Source of the DNA: Camelus dromedarius
Lineage: Eukaryota
Assembly: GCF_036321535.1 (NCBI RefSeq)
Contig: NC_087437.1
Span: 54,996,001-55,060,000, forward strand
DNA length: 64,000 nt
Direction: 5' to 3'
The number at the start of each line of letters is the position of its first letter. The stretch's first letter is position 1. The notes under the pieces were generated by a model. It saw only the letters and a list, made by a program, of their open reading frames with translations, did no database searches and was not told where the DNA came from. The position numbers were made by a program, and so were the translations under genes. This document shows, piece after piece, positions 36,230 through 48,800 of the stretch.

Positions 36230-36470
36230 TGCAACTCCTAAATCTAGCCCTGTCCAGGGGCATAATAAAGTCTGTTCACTCTCCCAGACATCTGAAGATA
36301 AATCTCAGTTCCTTCCTGCACTGCCTTCTCTGCAGGGCAAATAGCCCAAGTCCATCGATTCTTTCCTCACAGGTCAGATTTTCTGCTCTTTTCCTGTGTT
36401 CGTCTTAGGCTCTCTGCCCTGGACAGGCTCCAGTTCTTTTGTGTGCCTCTTAAAGCGTAAGATTTAGCTG
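36230..36470 (-). mobile_element. L3/CR1 fragment
   Basis: cttctctgcagggcaaatagcccaagtcc..ttcctcacaggtcagatttt..ctctctgccctggacaggctccagtt..cctcttaaagcg. Confidence 0.5.
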
Positions 36471-37639
36471 CTTTGAAATACTACTCAGAGAAATGGCAGA
36501 AACAGAAGATACAGCTCCTGTTGTCAAGGAATACTTTCATGAGACCCTGAAGTAGCTGCTCGCTGACATGGGACAAGCGCTTACCATCACTGGGGCAGCC
36601 CATGTGGGAAGATGCCGAATTGAAATAAGGGAAGGATGCTTAGGACAAGAGAGACTTCACCTCTAGGAAGCCTCTGCAGGTTTAGGTTTTATGAATGCTG
36701 TCACTTGCTAGTGAATGTTCTTGCTCAGTATGTTAAAATACAGCTGCGGTTGGGTTTCCACCCTCTTTACTTAGAAGGGTGATTAACCATTTGTGATGAA
36801 TAATTATTTAATTGCCAGTTCAGCTTCATGTGTGTAGCTGTTTTGCTTCTTCCCCCTTCAGTGTAAGCCAAGTCTTCTCTAGAAAAAAAAAAAAAAATCC
36901 AGAATTAGTCAACTGCCTTTTAACAGGTTTTCCTTCAGTCTGGCACAGCGAGAAGGTTCCAATTTTATAACATCACCTTTAGCTGAAAAAATTAATAAAT
37001 AAGAGCTCCCTCTCAACCAGGGAGTTTTTTTTTTTTAACTCTCACAACATCTTCTGTAACCGTTTATAAAGTCTTTACTTCATCTTGGACATCTTCCTCT
37101 AGCTCTGGGTAAAAATTTCATCAGAAAGAATTACAGCTCTTTTAATACCCATTTAACCTTTGTATTCACAACGGATAAAAAACCGCTTAAAACTTAAACC
37201 CCTCTTTTTATGGGCTTGAACACTGATCCTGTTTTTCTCAGAGATGTTCGTCATGAAGAGTTGTAGAAACATGACATGAGGGTCACTACAAACTTCCGGG
37301 CTCCACCCCTCACGCCTTCCATTTCTACCCCTCTTCGCCTTATTATTTTAATAGTGCCTTGCTGTTTTAAAGAAGGTCTTTATTAAGGCCACTGAGTCCC
37401 TTTTATTCTTGTTGAGATCCTTTTTCTTTCCATCATAGAAGTGTTTAATGTTTCCTGTCTCAGAATGCGCAGAGGGCTGAGATTCCCATAAAGTGTGCCT
37501 GCCACCTTCATTTTACAGACTTTGTCAGCAAAAGGGTATAGAAGTGGGGTTTAGAACAGTCTTTTGCACTTCATGTATAATTTAGGTTAATATTTCTTCA
37601 TTGAAGCAATTTTTATGTAGAAAGGCAGCATGCTATACA

Positions 37640-38410
37640 GTAGAATTATTTTTTTCAATTGTAAAAGTAATTGATCTTTTAGTAAAAAAAATCAGATTCT
37701 GCAGAAATATCTGAAATAAAAAGTGGAATTCTTCCCAACTCCTCTCCCTAGAAGAAGCCATTGTTAACAGTTCTGTGTATGTACTTCCAGAGTCCAGAAT
37801 TTTTTATTCATTATAAACTCAGATGTGTACATATGTATTCACACAGAGAGACGTAGTATATACTACATCTCACTTCTGCTTTTCCCCAACAATGTATTTT
37901 TTATATCTATCCAAAAGTAGTAGTAACATACATGTCTACCTTTGTCTTTGTAATGGTACTGTAGTATTTCATAAGCTGCACGCACCATAACTTAGCCATT
38001 TTTCTGCTGATGGATATTTACACTGCTTCCATTTTTGCCATTAAAAGCAGATATCCTTGTGCAATTATCTGTATGCAAGTTTGAGGCCTTGTGTGGAATA
38101 GATTTCTAGAATGAACTTGCTGTGTCTAAAGTGTATGTGCCTTTCCATTTTGATCCCTTCTGAAGTAGTCTTCCAAAAAGGGAGGCCCCGGTTCATTCTT
38201 CTCCGTAGAATGTGAGAATATCTGATTCCACACACCCTCACTGACCTTGTACATGTTCGCCTTTTGAATTTCTATCCTCCAGATCGGATTCTCTTGTTTT
38301 CCCTTTCATGTGTGTCATTTTTAGTGGGTTTAGCATCATTTCAAATGCTTAGTGGCCACCTGCCTATTAACATCCTTTGTCCTTTTTTTCTTTTTTTTTT
38401 TTTTTTTTAA
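37640..38410 (-). mobile_element. Old L1 (L1ME-like) 3' end
   Basis: agaagccattgttaacagttctgtgtatgtacttccag..gatggatatttacactgcttccatttttgcc..ttccacacaccctcactgac. Confidence 0.7.
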
Positions 38411-39974
38411 TTGGCATGCCAGAAGTTATATGAATTTTAACCCTTGTCATTGGTTCTTTTGAAGCTGGTCCACAGAGCCCTGTGGGTTCCTTGGAGAAGG
38501 GCCTGAGATGGGGAGAGGAGGCCTGGCTGGCCTGCTCTCCAGGGCCCTACCTGTCTCTTCTTACTCCACCACACAGAAACACTGATCAGACAGAGTACCC
38601 AATTTTTACTTGCATTTCATGTGGCACTTGGGGCTTGAGATTTTTTTAAAAGGCTCCTGGGGCTAAAAACATATTGAAAAAACACTTCTGCAACAGAAAG
38701 AGCCCTAGAATTGTCATAAAGTGATTGTCTCAGGCTCTACAACTTAAGCATTTTCAAATTAGACGAGCCCATAGAGAGTGAACACTAAGTTCCAGTTTTA
38801 TTACAAACACCTCGGTCATGCAAACTCTACTGTTAATATATGTTGATGCACATAACATGCTGACGGGTAGCTGTCATGAAGTCCCTAATCCTTATGCTAA
38901 TAAGCATTTTATTCTTCATAATAACTTCAACATATATTTGAAGCTAGATGTATGCATGTGGCTACAGACAATGCTCAGGCCTTAATATTATTATTTTATT
39001 TATTTATTATCTGGTACTCTACTTAGTCCATAGATGATGCATTCATTCATCTGAGGACTCTGCTGACTCAAGGCATAGCAGAAACCTGCCGCCTAGTTGT
39101 GACTAGCTAAGCCTTTGGGCTAAGCCTTCAGTTCTGTAAGTGGAGAGAGAATCTTTGAGGGCCCTCAGCTAGTTAATACCAGAGTGGCCCCAGGTCGTTG
39201 GTATCCTGACCCCTGTTGCAGTGTACCTTTCCCCGTTTTGCCATTCTCTGCTGGTTAATCTTGGACAGATCTTAACATCTCTAGACCTCTGTTCTTTTCT
39301 CTCCCTTTCAGTGAGAGCACTAATGCACGCATTATCATCCAGACGAGGGTAAAGTGGAGGCGTGATGAATGTTCTTGCCTTTTGTGAATAGCATAGCACC
39401 TTAGAAAACTGTGAGGAATAATCCAAGTACCTATTACCCTTTATTGTGGTGTTGAAAGAAGGATTGCACATTTGAACAGTAACTGCAGTAATTAAATGTG
39501 TTTGGTTTTTAATATATTCCCGTATCATGCAGACTGCATTGATATTTTAGCACTAATCTCCTCTGAAATGGGCTTGATTTTTCCTAGCCTTTTTTTTTTT
39601 AAGATTTGAAAGAAAAAAATATACAAAGAAAGATGTAGCTATGACTTTCACTCTTTTATTCTCTCCGAAATAAGAGTGGAATAATAACTCTAAATGGTCC
39701 AGGTAGTAGCCTAAGGGCATTCTTTTGACTGCTTCTTTCTGTGTTCGTTCATTTAAGAAGGGGCTAATTTCTACAGTCATCTACAGGACTCTTTTATACC
39801 AGTTTATTCATTAAATAAGACTTTGTGCAACAGACTTATTCAAAGACGTATTTAACACAGATTTTTAAAATGGGAAAGTGGTGGATATTTTTATTACAAG
39901 ATAATTTACTCTTGCATACTCAAAAATCTTCTTTATTCCTTTAAAAAATAGTTATCTACAGTTACTTCCCAATT

Positions 39975-40275
39975 ACTCATTCAGTTCTTTCAGCAGATAT
40001 TCCAAGGTCTTTGAATGCATCAGAGGATAAAACAGCAGAAACCTCTGTGCTCCTGGTTCTTACATTCCAACAGAGAAAAACATACAACACATGATAAACC
40101 TAACATGAAAGTAAATTATGTAGCATATTTGAAAATGATATATGCAATGGAAAGGGCCGGGGGGTGGAAGCAGGGTGAGGGGAATCAAGAATGCAGTACA
40201 GGTGGAGGTTGCAATTTTTAACTAGGTGGTCAGAGTCAGACTTGAGAAGACGAACTTTGAGCTGTGTGTGGAAGA
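39975..40275 (-). mobile_element. L2 fragment
   Basis: cattcagttctttcagcagatatt..ggttcttacattccaac..gtggtcagagtcagacttgagaagacgaactttgagc. Confidence 0.55.
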
Positions 40276-40279
40276 TAAG

Positions 40280-43200
40280 ATTGGTTTTGTATATTGACTC
40301 TGTATTCTGTGACCTTATTAACTAGTTTATTAATTCTAATAGCTTTTTTTTTTTTAATGTGGGGGGATTTTCTGTGAAGGAGATCATCTCATTTCTTTCT
40401 TTCAAACCTATGCCTTTTCTGTTTCTTGTCCTATTGCACTGGCTAGAACCTCCAGTGAGATGTTAAATAGAAATAGTAAAAGAGGACATTCTTGCCTGTT
40501 CCCAGTCTTAGGAGAAAGCTCTGAGTCCTTTGCCATTAAGAATAAGGGATACTCTTTACCAAGTTGAGAGAGGTCCTCTTTTGTTTCTAGTTTTCTGAGA
40601 GTTTTAATCATGAAAAGGTGCTGAATTTTGTCAAATATTTTGTGCATCATTTGGAATGACAATGTTTTTCTCCCTTAGCCTATTAATATGATGATGTCAT
40701 GATGAATTGTTTAATGTCGTATTAGCCTTGCGTCCCCAAGATTAACCCCACTTGGTCATGTTATACTAATCATTTAATATATTGGTAGATTTAATTTGCT
40801 GGCTTTGTTAAAGATCTTTGCATCTTTGTTCATGATGGATACTAATGTATAGTTTGTTGTTGTTGTTGTTGTTGTTGTAGTAATGTGGTTGTCTGGATTT
40901 GGTATCAGGGTAATACTAGTCTCATAAAAGGTATTGGCAAGTGTTACTTCCTCTTAAATTCTAGAACAACTTGTGGAAATTGGTATTATTCCTTAAATGT
41001 TTGGCAAAATTTGCTAGTGAAGCCATCTGGACCTGGAATTTTCTTTGTTAGAAGACTTTCATCTACAAATTTAATTTATTCTAAGTGAACTTTAACAGTT
41101 TGTATCTCTCAAGAAATTGGTCTGTTTAATCTAAGTGGCTGCCATGTACAAGCACAATGATGGTTTGCAGTGTTCCCTATTACTATTTTAGCATCTGTAG
41201 GAACTGTAGTATTGTTTTCTCTGTCATTCATGATATTTAAATTTGTGTCATATGATTTTTTTCCCTTGATCAATCTGGATAGAGTTTATCAATTTTATTG
41301 ATTTTTCTTCTCAAAGGAATCAGCTTTTGGTTCCATCAATATTTTATTTTCTCTATTGTTTTTGTGCTCTCACTTTTATTGATTTCTGCTTTATTATTTT
41401 GTTTCTCTTTCTTGCCTTGGTTTTAACTTGCACATCTCTATTTCCTTAAAGTTAAAGCTTCAATCATCAATTTGAGGTCCTTTGTCTTTTCTAATATAAA
41501 CATTTAATTGATAAGGACTACTTCAACTGCCTACTAGAAATTTTGATGTGTTGTGCTTTGATTTTCATTCAAGATACTTTCCAATTCCCCTATGATTTCC
41601 TTTTGTCCCATGGGTGATTCAGAAATACACTATTTAATTTCTAAATATTTGGATTATTTTTCTTTGCCTTTCTGTTAATGGCTTCTAGTCCATTTCCTTA
41701 TAGACAATGAACATGCTTTGTATTACTTCAGTTCTTTTAAATTTGTCAGGTTTTGTTTTATGTCTCAGAATGTGCTCTGTCTTGGTGATTGTTCTATGCA
41801 TTTCAAAAGTATTTGTATTCTCTTATTGTTGGGTGGAGCGTTGTATAAATATCAATTAGATTAAACTGACTGATATTATTGTTCATTTTTTTCTATCCTT
41901 ACTGGCTTTCTATCTGCTTATTCAATTACTGAGAGAGGAGTATTGAAACCTCTGACTATAACTGTAGATTTATTTCTCCAGTTATTTGTGTAGTTTTTGT
42001 TTAATGTATTTTGAAAGCTTGCTGTTAAGTGTATACACTTTAGGATTATTCTTTCTTGACCCTCAAATTGATCTTATTATCATTATATAATGTGTTTCCT
42101 TAATCCTGCAAATATTTTTGTTCTGAACTCTCTCATATTAATATAAATTTCTTTAATTTTCATAGTATTTTTTCCAGCCTTTTTTTCCTTATCAATGCTT
42201 TTATGTTTGAAGTAGGTTACTTTAAGACAGCAAATAGTTGAGTCCTGCTTTTTTATCCAATCTGATAATCCCTGTATGTTAATATTCATGATATAGTTGG
42301 ATTAAAATTCACCATTTTGTTACCTTTTTTAATGTTTTTCTGTCTATTCTTTTTATTTTCCTCTTTCTACCTTTTTTGGATTGCACATTTTTCACAATTA
42401 TTTTATTTTTACTCTTTTTCAATTATTTATACTCTTGATTTTAATGTTAGTGTTGTCCTTTGATTTGCAACATACATCTTAGTTAATCAGAGTCTACCTT
42501 CGAATAATAATATATCACTATATGTACAGTGTTAGGACTTTCCAGTAGTATATTCCCACTCTCTCCTTGCCATTTTTTATCCTCTTATCATTCTTTTTAC
42601 TTGTGGATATACTGTAAACACACAACACATTGCTGCTAATTTTGCTTTAGACAATTTTTAGAGCAATTAACAATAAGAAAAAAATGTATTTATTTAGGCT
42701 TTTCTAGCACTCTTCCTTTTGTATGTGTGTAAATCCGGATTTCTGTCTGGTATATTCCTTCTGCCTGAAGAACTTCCTCTGACATTTCTTTCAGTGTAGG
42801 TCTGCTGGAAATGAGTTCCCTCTTGATTTTTTTTTTTTTTTTGCCTGAAATAGTTTTTAATTCTCCTTCATTTTGAAAGACACTTCAACTGAGTAGAGAC
42901 ATGTTGACAACGTTTTTCCTTTCATCACTCTGAAGACGTCACTCCATTATTCTCTCACTTGCATAGACAAGAAGTCTCTGTACAGTTTTCTTTCTTGCTT
43001 TCTATGCGGTATGTATTTTTCCTCCTCTGGTTTCAAGACTTTTTTTTCCTTTGTTTTTCAATATAGTTTGAAAATGTTATGTTTATAGGGGTTTTTCATT
43101 TATTTGTTTAGTTTTAGTTGTTATAGACATCCTGCTTGGTGGTCCCTTAATTTCTTGGATCTCAGATTTACACTTTGTTGTTTGTCCTCAGTTTTGGAGA

Positions 43201-44687
43201 CACTCAGCCATTATCTCTCCAAATTTTTGTGTGTTGCTTCGTTCCCTCTTTCTTCTCCTTCTGAGATTCTAACTACATGTACGCTTAATATGATTGTACA
43301 GCTCTTTGGTGCTTTGTTCTTTTGCGCACTTTCCTTCTGTTTGTATGATTTCTACTGACCTATCTTCACCTTTTTAATGATTCTTTCCCCAGTTGTTGAG
43401 AGTGTGCAGGAGCCTGTTGTAAGCTGTGTTTCTCATTTCTAGCACTTTCATTTTATTCTCATAAGAGACAACAAACCAGAATCTCATAGGACATAGTTCT
43501 GTGTCTGTTGATCATGCATGTTTTCTGCCTTTTCCACTAAAGCCTTTAACGTTAATCAGTTATTTTAAATTCCCTGACACTTCGGACATCTGTGTTCTGA
43601 ATCTGTTTCTGTTGGTTGCTTTGTCTCTTGACAATGTGTTATTTTTGCTTTTTATATGCATTGTAAGTTTTTACTGAAAGCCAGACGTCTTGTTTAGGAT
43701 AGTAGAAACTTTGGCCAGTATATTTTCTGACTGTAAATAGGCATGTCTCTTCTTCTATTAGGCCTTTAGTGTAGGGTGTTTGAGTCAATCTAGTCATGAG
43801 CTGCCGTTAGCCTGAGGTATTTTTTGTTTTTTTGCTTTGGTTACCCTCAGTGCACCACAGGTTTCAAATTCCTCAAATGTTGTCTTTGCAGTGGGGAGTG
43901 GTTTGCTAAAGGGATTTTCTCAATATCTGCCCCACCCTCAGATTCAGGTCTTCTCTTTGTGCCTGTTCCTCAGAGAAGTCTTGCTCTTGTCTCTCTCCCA
44001 ATACTAGGCTGCTGGTACGTTTTACTTGATGTTCATAAAGCCAGGGGAGGGCTCTCCATTCTGTTTCAACCTCAGTTTTAGGGAAATGCTGTGTCTCTGG
44101 GTCTCAAGAGTAGGCTGTCTCAATGATCCTGCCTCTCCCCAAGGACTGGAGTCTTATTTTATTTCCTTCCCTAGTCACAGTGGGTCTTCACTAGTGTTCT
44201 AAGGGCAGCGGGATTCACTGGCCTTTTCTCGGGGGCTTAAGGCATTGGTTCTGAAGGGAAACGTGAGAGAAGGATCTGGGCAGGGCTTTAAGCCTTTCAC
44301 AGACCTGCTGCTGCTGTCAGGACTCTCACCCTACCTCAAATTGTTCTTATGAGAAGCTGGTGAGAGATCAGCAGAGAAAATCCTGCAAAGCGGTGAAGGG
44401 GGCTGTGAATCAAACTTCCCTTTTTTCTGGTCTGCCCAGGACTTCTACGTTCTTACACTAGTCCACAACCAGCCTTAAACCATGTGTTCGTAATTTTAGG
44501 TGACTTCTTCTTACCAAATAGTATGGCATTCAAAAGCAATTTCCTCCACTAAGCAAGTACTCACGTGTCCTCTCCTTGGAGGCATCTGTCTTTCCCCAGA
44601 TTTCAAGTTAATTGGTTACTCTGCAGCCTCACTTCTCTAATGGGTTCCAAAAAAGTTGTGGGTTTGCAGACTGTCTGGCATATTTTG

Positions 44688-44700
<13 letters not shown>
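40280..44700 (-). mobile_element. Large old L1 remnant: 5' region, ORF1 region, ORF2 endonuclease through RT
   Basis: ORF 40408-40662 (FDKIQHLFMIKTL..KTGNRQECPL..LFNISLEVLASAIGQE) is L1 RT; ORF 42083-42289 (LSDWIKKQDSTICCL) is the L1 endonuclease N-terminus; collinear on the - strand. Confidence 0.9.
40854..40877. repeat. (TTG)8 microsatellite
   Basis: Direct reading. Confidence 0.9.

Positions 44701-44730
<30 letters not shown>
44691..44730. repeat. (TG)20 microsatellite
   Basis: Direct reading. Confidence 0.97.
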
Positions 44731-44731
<1 letters not shown>

Positions 44732-45369
44732 TAAGGATGATAGCAGTGGTCCTTCCAGCTTTCTTCATCTCATGCAGAAGCCATACATGTCAGTTTATTC
44801 ATCGTCACGTGTGTATAGCTTTCCATTGTATGAAAAATACCACAATTGTTTCTATTACTAAGAGAAATCTGTATTATTTAGAGTTGGGTCCATTACTACA
44901 AGTAATACTTCTATGATCACATGTCTTTTGGTGCACACATATAAATATTTCTGTAAAATACAGACATACAAGAATTGATAGGTTATAGAGTATGTGTATA
45001 TATATGCATTATAAGGTATATATGTATAATTTTGATAAAATATTTTATAAAAAGTTTCCATGATGTATAACTTATAGAAAAGTACACCCATCTTAAATGA
45101 CCACAGGACATCTTTTAAAATAGATAGATCCATGGCTATTCACATACTCAAACGTTAACTGAGAACCTTTTACATAATAGACACTTAGGAAATGAAAGGT
45201 GAAGAAGTCACTGCCATTGAGGAGCTTAAAAGATAAGATATGATCAAGTTCTGTACAAAAAAAAAAAAGAGTGGGAAGAGAGAAATCATGACTGGGAAAA
45301 TCAGGAAAAGCATATTGGAGAACACGTCATTTGATTTGGATCTTCAAGTATAGTAATATAAATATCAGC

Positions 45370-45545
45370 TAAGAGCTGGAATCTGGAAATTTGGGCTTGG
45401 ATCCTAGTTCTGCACATCCTAGCTGTGTGAAACTCCATCTTCCTCTCTTTAAAGTGTGAGTAATCATAAAAGCAACATAAATTAAATAATGTACCATCAT
45501 GCACATCTCAGGTGCTCAAGAAAGCTTAGCTGCCATCATCTTCAG
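45370..45545 (+). mobile_element. MIR SINE
   Basis: agagctggaatctggaaatttgggcttggatcctagttctgcacatcctagctgtgtga..caggtgctcaagaaagcttagctg. Confidence 0.6.
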
Positions 45546-45714
45546 CATCAGCATCATCCACATCGGTTTGATCTTAGAATCATCTTCTTCTGAGATTTCA
45601 TAGAATTTAGAGTCATTATGTCAGGAGCGAAACATATGACCGTATTTTATAGGAAATATTGAGGATATCTGGGGCTTTTATTCCTGGAAGAAAATAATCT
45701 TAGAACCATTCATT

Positions 45715-45830
45715 AAGGAATCACAGATCCTTAGGGATCACTGGGTCCACTAATCTTACTTACAGATGAGAAAACTAAAGCCCAGAGGAAGGAAGGGACT
45801 TGCCCAGAGTTGCACTCAGCTGAGATATTG
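45715..45830 (-). mobile_element. MIR SINE
   Basis: ttacagatgagaaaactaaagcccagaggaaggaagggacttgcccagag. Confidence 0.7.
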
Positions 45831-48800
45831 TACTTGCTGAAATTCCCCAGCTACGTTCAAAGTTCTGAGTGATGGAACATTGTCTTTCTCATCTTTCTAT
45901 TCTTCACAAAACCTTGTGTAGTGTCATTTGTGATTGTAGAAATTCTTATTCCCTTAAAATGCCCCCTGGCCTGTTTAAGGGCAGGGGTGAGCAAGTTTTT
46001 AAATACTTTGTAAATATCTTTTGTTGTCAAAACCAAGTGTAGTTTATACAGATGGTGATCTAGACAACAGAAAATAAAGTAAAGCTTGGAGAATCCTGGT
46101 TACTCTCTTTTTCCTCTGTGTGTTTCAGGTACAAAATTCTTCATTATAATGCTTCCCAATTCCTTTTATTGGTGCTTGCAGTGCCAGTGGGCAAACAACA
46201 TTCTTCATGCAACCAGAGAATTCTGAAAGCTTATTTCTTACAGATAGCATAAACCTCCAATTCCACAATGGTAGCAATGGTGGATTTTACCCAATGTTTT
46301 AATGGTGAATATAATCAGAATGTAAAAAGATCTAAATGTATACTTTGAAGGACTTTGCAAGGATGACTAGGAGGATCCCAAAAAGCACAATTCAGTTCAT
46401 TTCTTTTGCATCTGTGTTTATTTTTTCACTTCTCTTGTGCATGTTGAGGACTTTTTCAAGATTATATTTTAAAAACCAAGTAAATAGTTTCCAAAATGTT
46501 CACTGATGAGGTAGATTAGAGTCTGCTTTGTAGATGTGATTATTAAATAATTCAAAAGGCTAACCCCAGAGTGACATTTTTTTTCCCTTATTTACGGGCA
46601 ATTTTTAGGATTTCCTTCACTTCTAAGAGTCAATTATATTTTAGTGTTTTTGTATATTATATCTAACAAATTTTACTCCAGACAGCTAATGTTCCAGGTA
46701 CAGGTTTGACTCAAGAGAAAAATTTATACTTCTCTTAGTGTCCTTGATGTTTTCTATTTAAATGAAAGTATCAATCAGTGAATGAGGGCAGAGGAAGAAG
46801 AGAATAAACCCAGACGAATAGGGGAGTTGGTGGGTGGTTATGAACAAAACATAGCCTCTGAATCAGTGTGAAGTTTTCTGTCATTTCCCTCGATATCTAG
46901 AGCCAGTCCCGGCAACAGATGTAGCACTGAAAGCTCAAAGACTTGTGCCACCCAGATATATACGGCGTTCATGAATTAAATTTAAAAATGGCCTTTGAAT
47001 AATAGGAATTATACCTGCATATAGTCTTAGATGCACGAACTTCGCCTCCAGTGAGATTAACAAATACTTTACCTATTTAATTGCAGTAACACCAACACCC
47101 ATTTATTCAATCATGCATGTCCCTCTGGGTTCAATAATATCGCCTACTGCATACTTTATTTTTTGCTAGTTTTTGTGCCGAGAGTTTGCCTGCCAGCTTT
47201 TATTTAATCATATCAGTGATCTATTAAATCAGTACCATTATTATGATTGTTTATTTGATATCAAAAGAGAAAAGGAGGTCACTGTTAAGTTAAAAGGCTA
47301 ATAGTAGTGAATTCTTAATCAGTACTCATTTGTTCACTCAGTGTACCCTTTGATGCCTACTGTGTGTCAGGCAGTTCTAGATCCTCTTCTAATTGCATTT
47401 ATAAGCTCTCAGCTGAATAACTCTAGATATCACACAAGGCTACACCTTGCCTCTTGGAACCGCCAGGCTCCACAGGGTTAATGCTGCTGCAGAGTTTGGC
47501 TCACTTGAGCAAAATGCAGCTTATTTTAAAGGAGCTAGTTCTCCGAGGGATTTTGGTTAGCAAAGCAAGCATTTACTGTCTGTCATGGGCAGTGCATCCC
47601 AATATCACCTGAGGAGATGCTCACTGGCCTTCACCAGGGAGGTCATCTGGTCTAGCTTTCTCATTGAGTACGTGGGAAGGTGTCCAAAAGTGTACACTGA
47701 GATGGTGACTGGGAAGACTAGCCACAATAAGGAGTCAGCTTGGGAACAATTCTACAACCTCACTTTCCCAGTATCATTGTATGGCACTGACTCAGCTCAG
47801 AAGTAGAGGTGAAGATAATTAGTACCCCAGGAGTAAATGTAAAATCTCCCTTCCCTCTTTCTCTATTATACCCTCATAGTATTACAGTCCACTCTTACGG
47901 AAATGGCGCTAGGTTAAAGGATTAAACATTTCTATTCACTTTGAATTGAAACTTCACTTAACTGCCCGCTCACCTGGATTCCCCATATTCCCTTCCAGAT
48001 AAATTAAGTGGCTTCTCCTGGGTCAAGTGGGATTAGAATTCCTCTGTTTTACCCCAGTTCTGCCTTCCTCACTTGCGGTAGATTCTTTCTGGCTTGGATG
48101 AGATTTGACTGTCCACATATGTTGTCAGAGCCAAACTCTGCACATTGAATAAAACAAAGCAGAAATGTGAGTTTATTACAAGGCTTTTGACTTGCGGCTG
48201 GGGAAGCTCAAGGCTACAAGACCAATGAGTCCCAAGTTATTCGCAGGCTAAGGCATTTTTTGGGGATAAATGTGGAAGTTATTTGGCTTTTTCAGCTGAT
48301 TGGTTGCCTAGTGGCCTTCTTTCTTATTTGGATCAGGGTAGCTGAGCCAGGGGGACAGGGAGGTCCAGAGATGCTGTGAACAGACTTGGCATTTGGAGAT
48401 TGGCTGGTGTTCTGTGCTGATTTCTGAGAAGAGCTATAAATTCCTATAAGGTTAGGTGAAGTTTCCTTTTTGCATCTGTGTTGACCATCTTCATGTTGTC
48501 CGTGATGTAAGTGACTCCATTTTAGTTTGATTCTACAGTGTATTCTCCATCCCTTTTTCACTCTAATGTGCATACGCACACACATACGCACTAAGATGTA
48601 GACTACTTTGTAAGCTCTTGGAAGACTGAAATAATGCTGATAATATGTCTTCCTTCCTTTAGGTAATTGTGAGGATTCAGTAAGAAAATACTTGCCAGGC
48701 AGTGCCTAACACCCACTAAGAGCTTAAAGAACATTAGCTGTTATGAAAATCACCCAACAGATATTAATCATCTGCAAAGATCCAGGCAGTTATTAATAAG

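Noticed and set aside
36361..36378. ctttcctcacAG|GTCAGA possible recursive splice site
   Set aside because: Inside an L3 relic, short pyrimidine tract, expected by chance.
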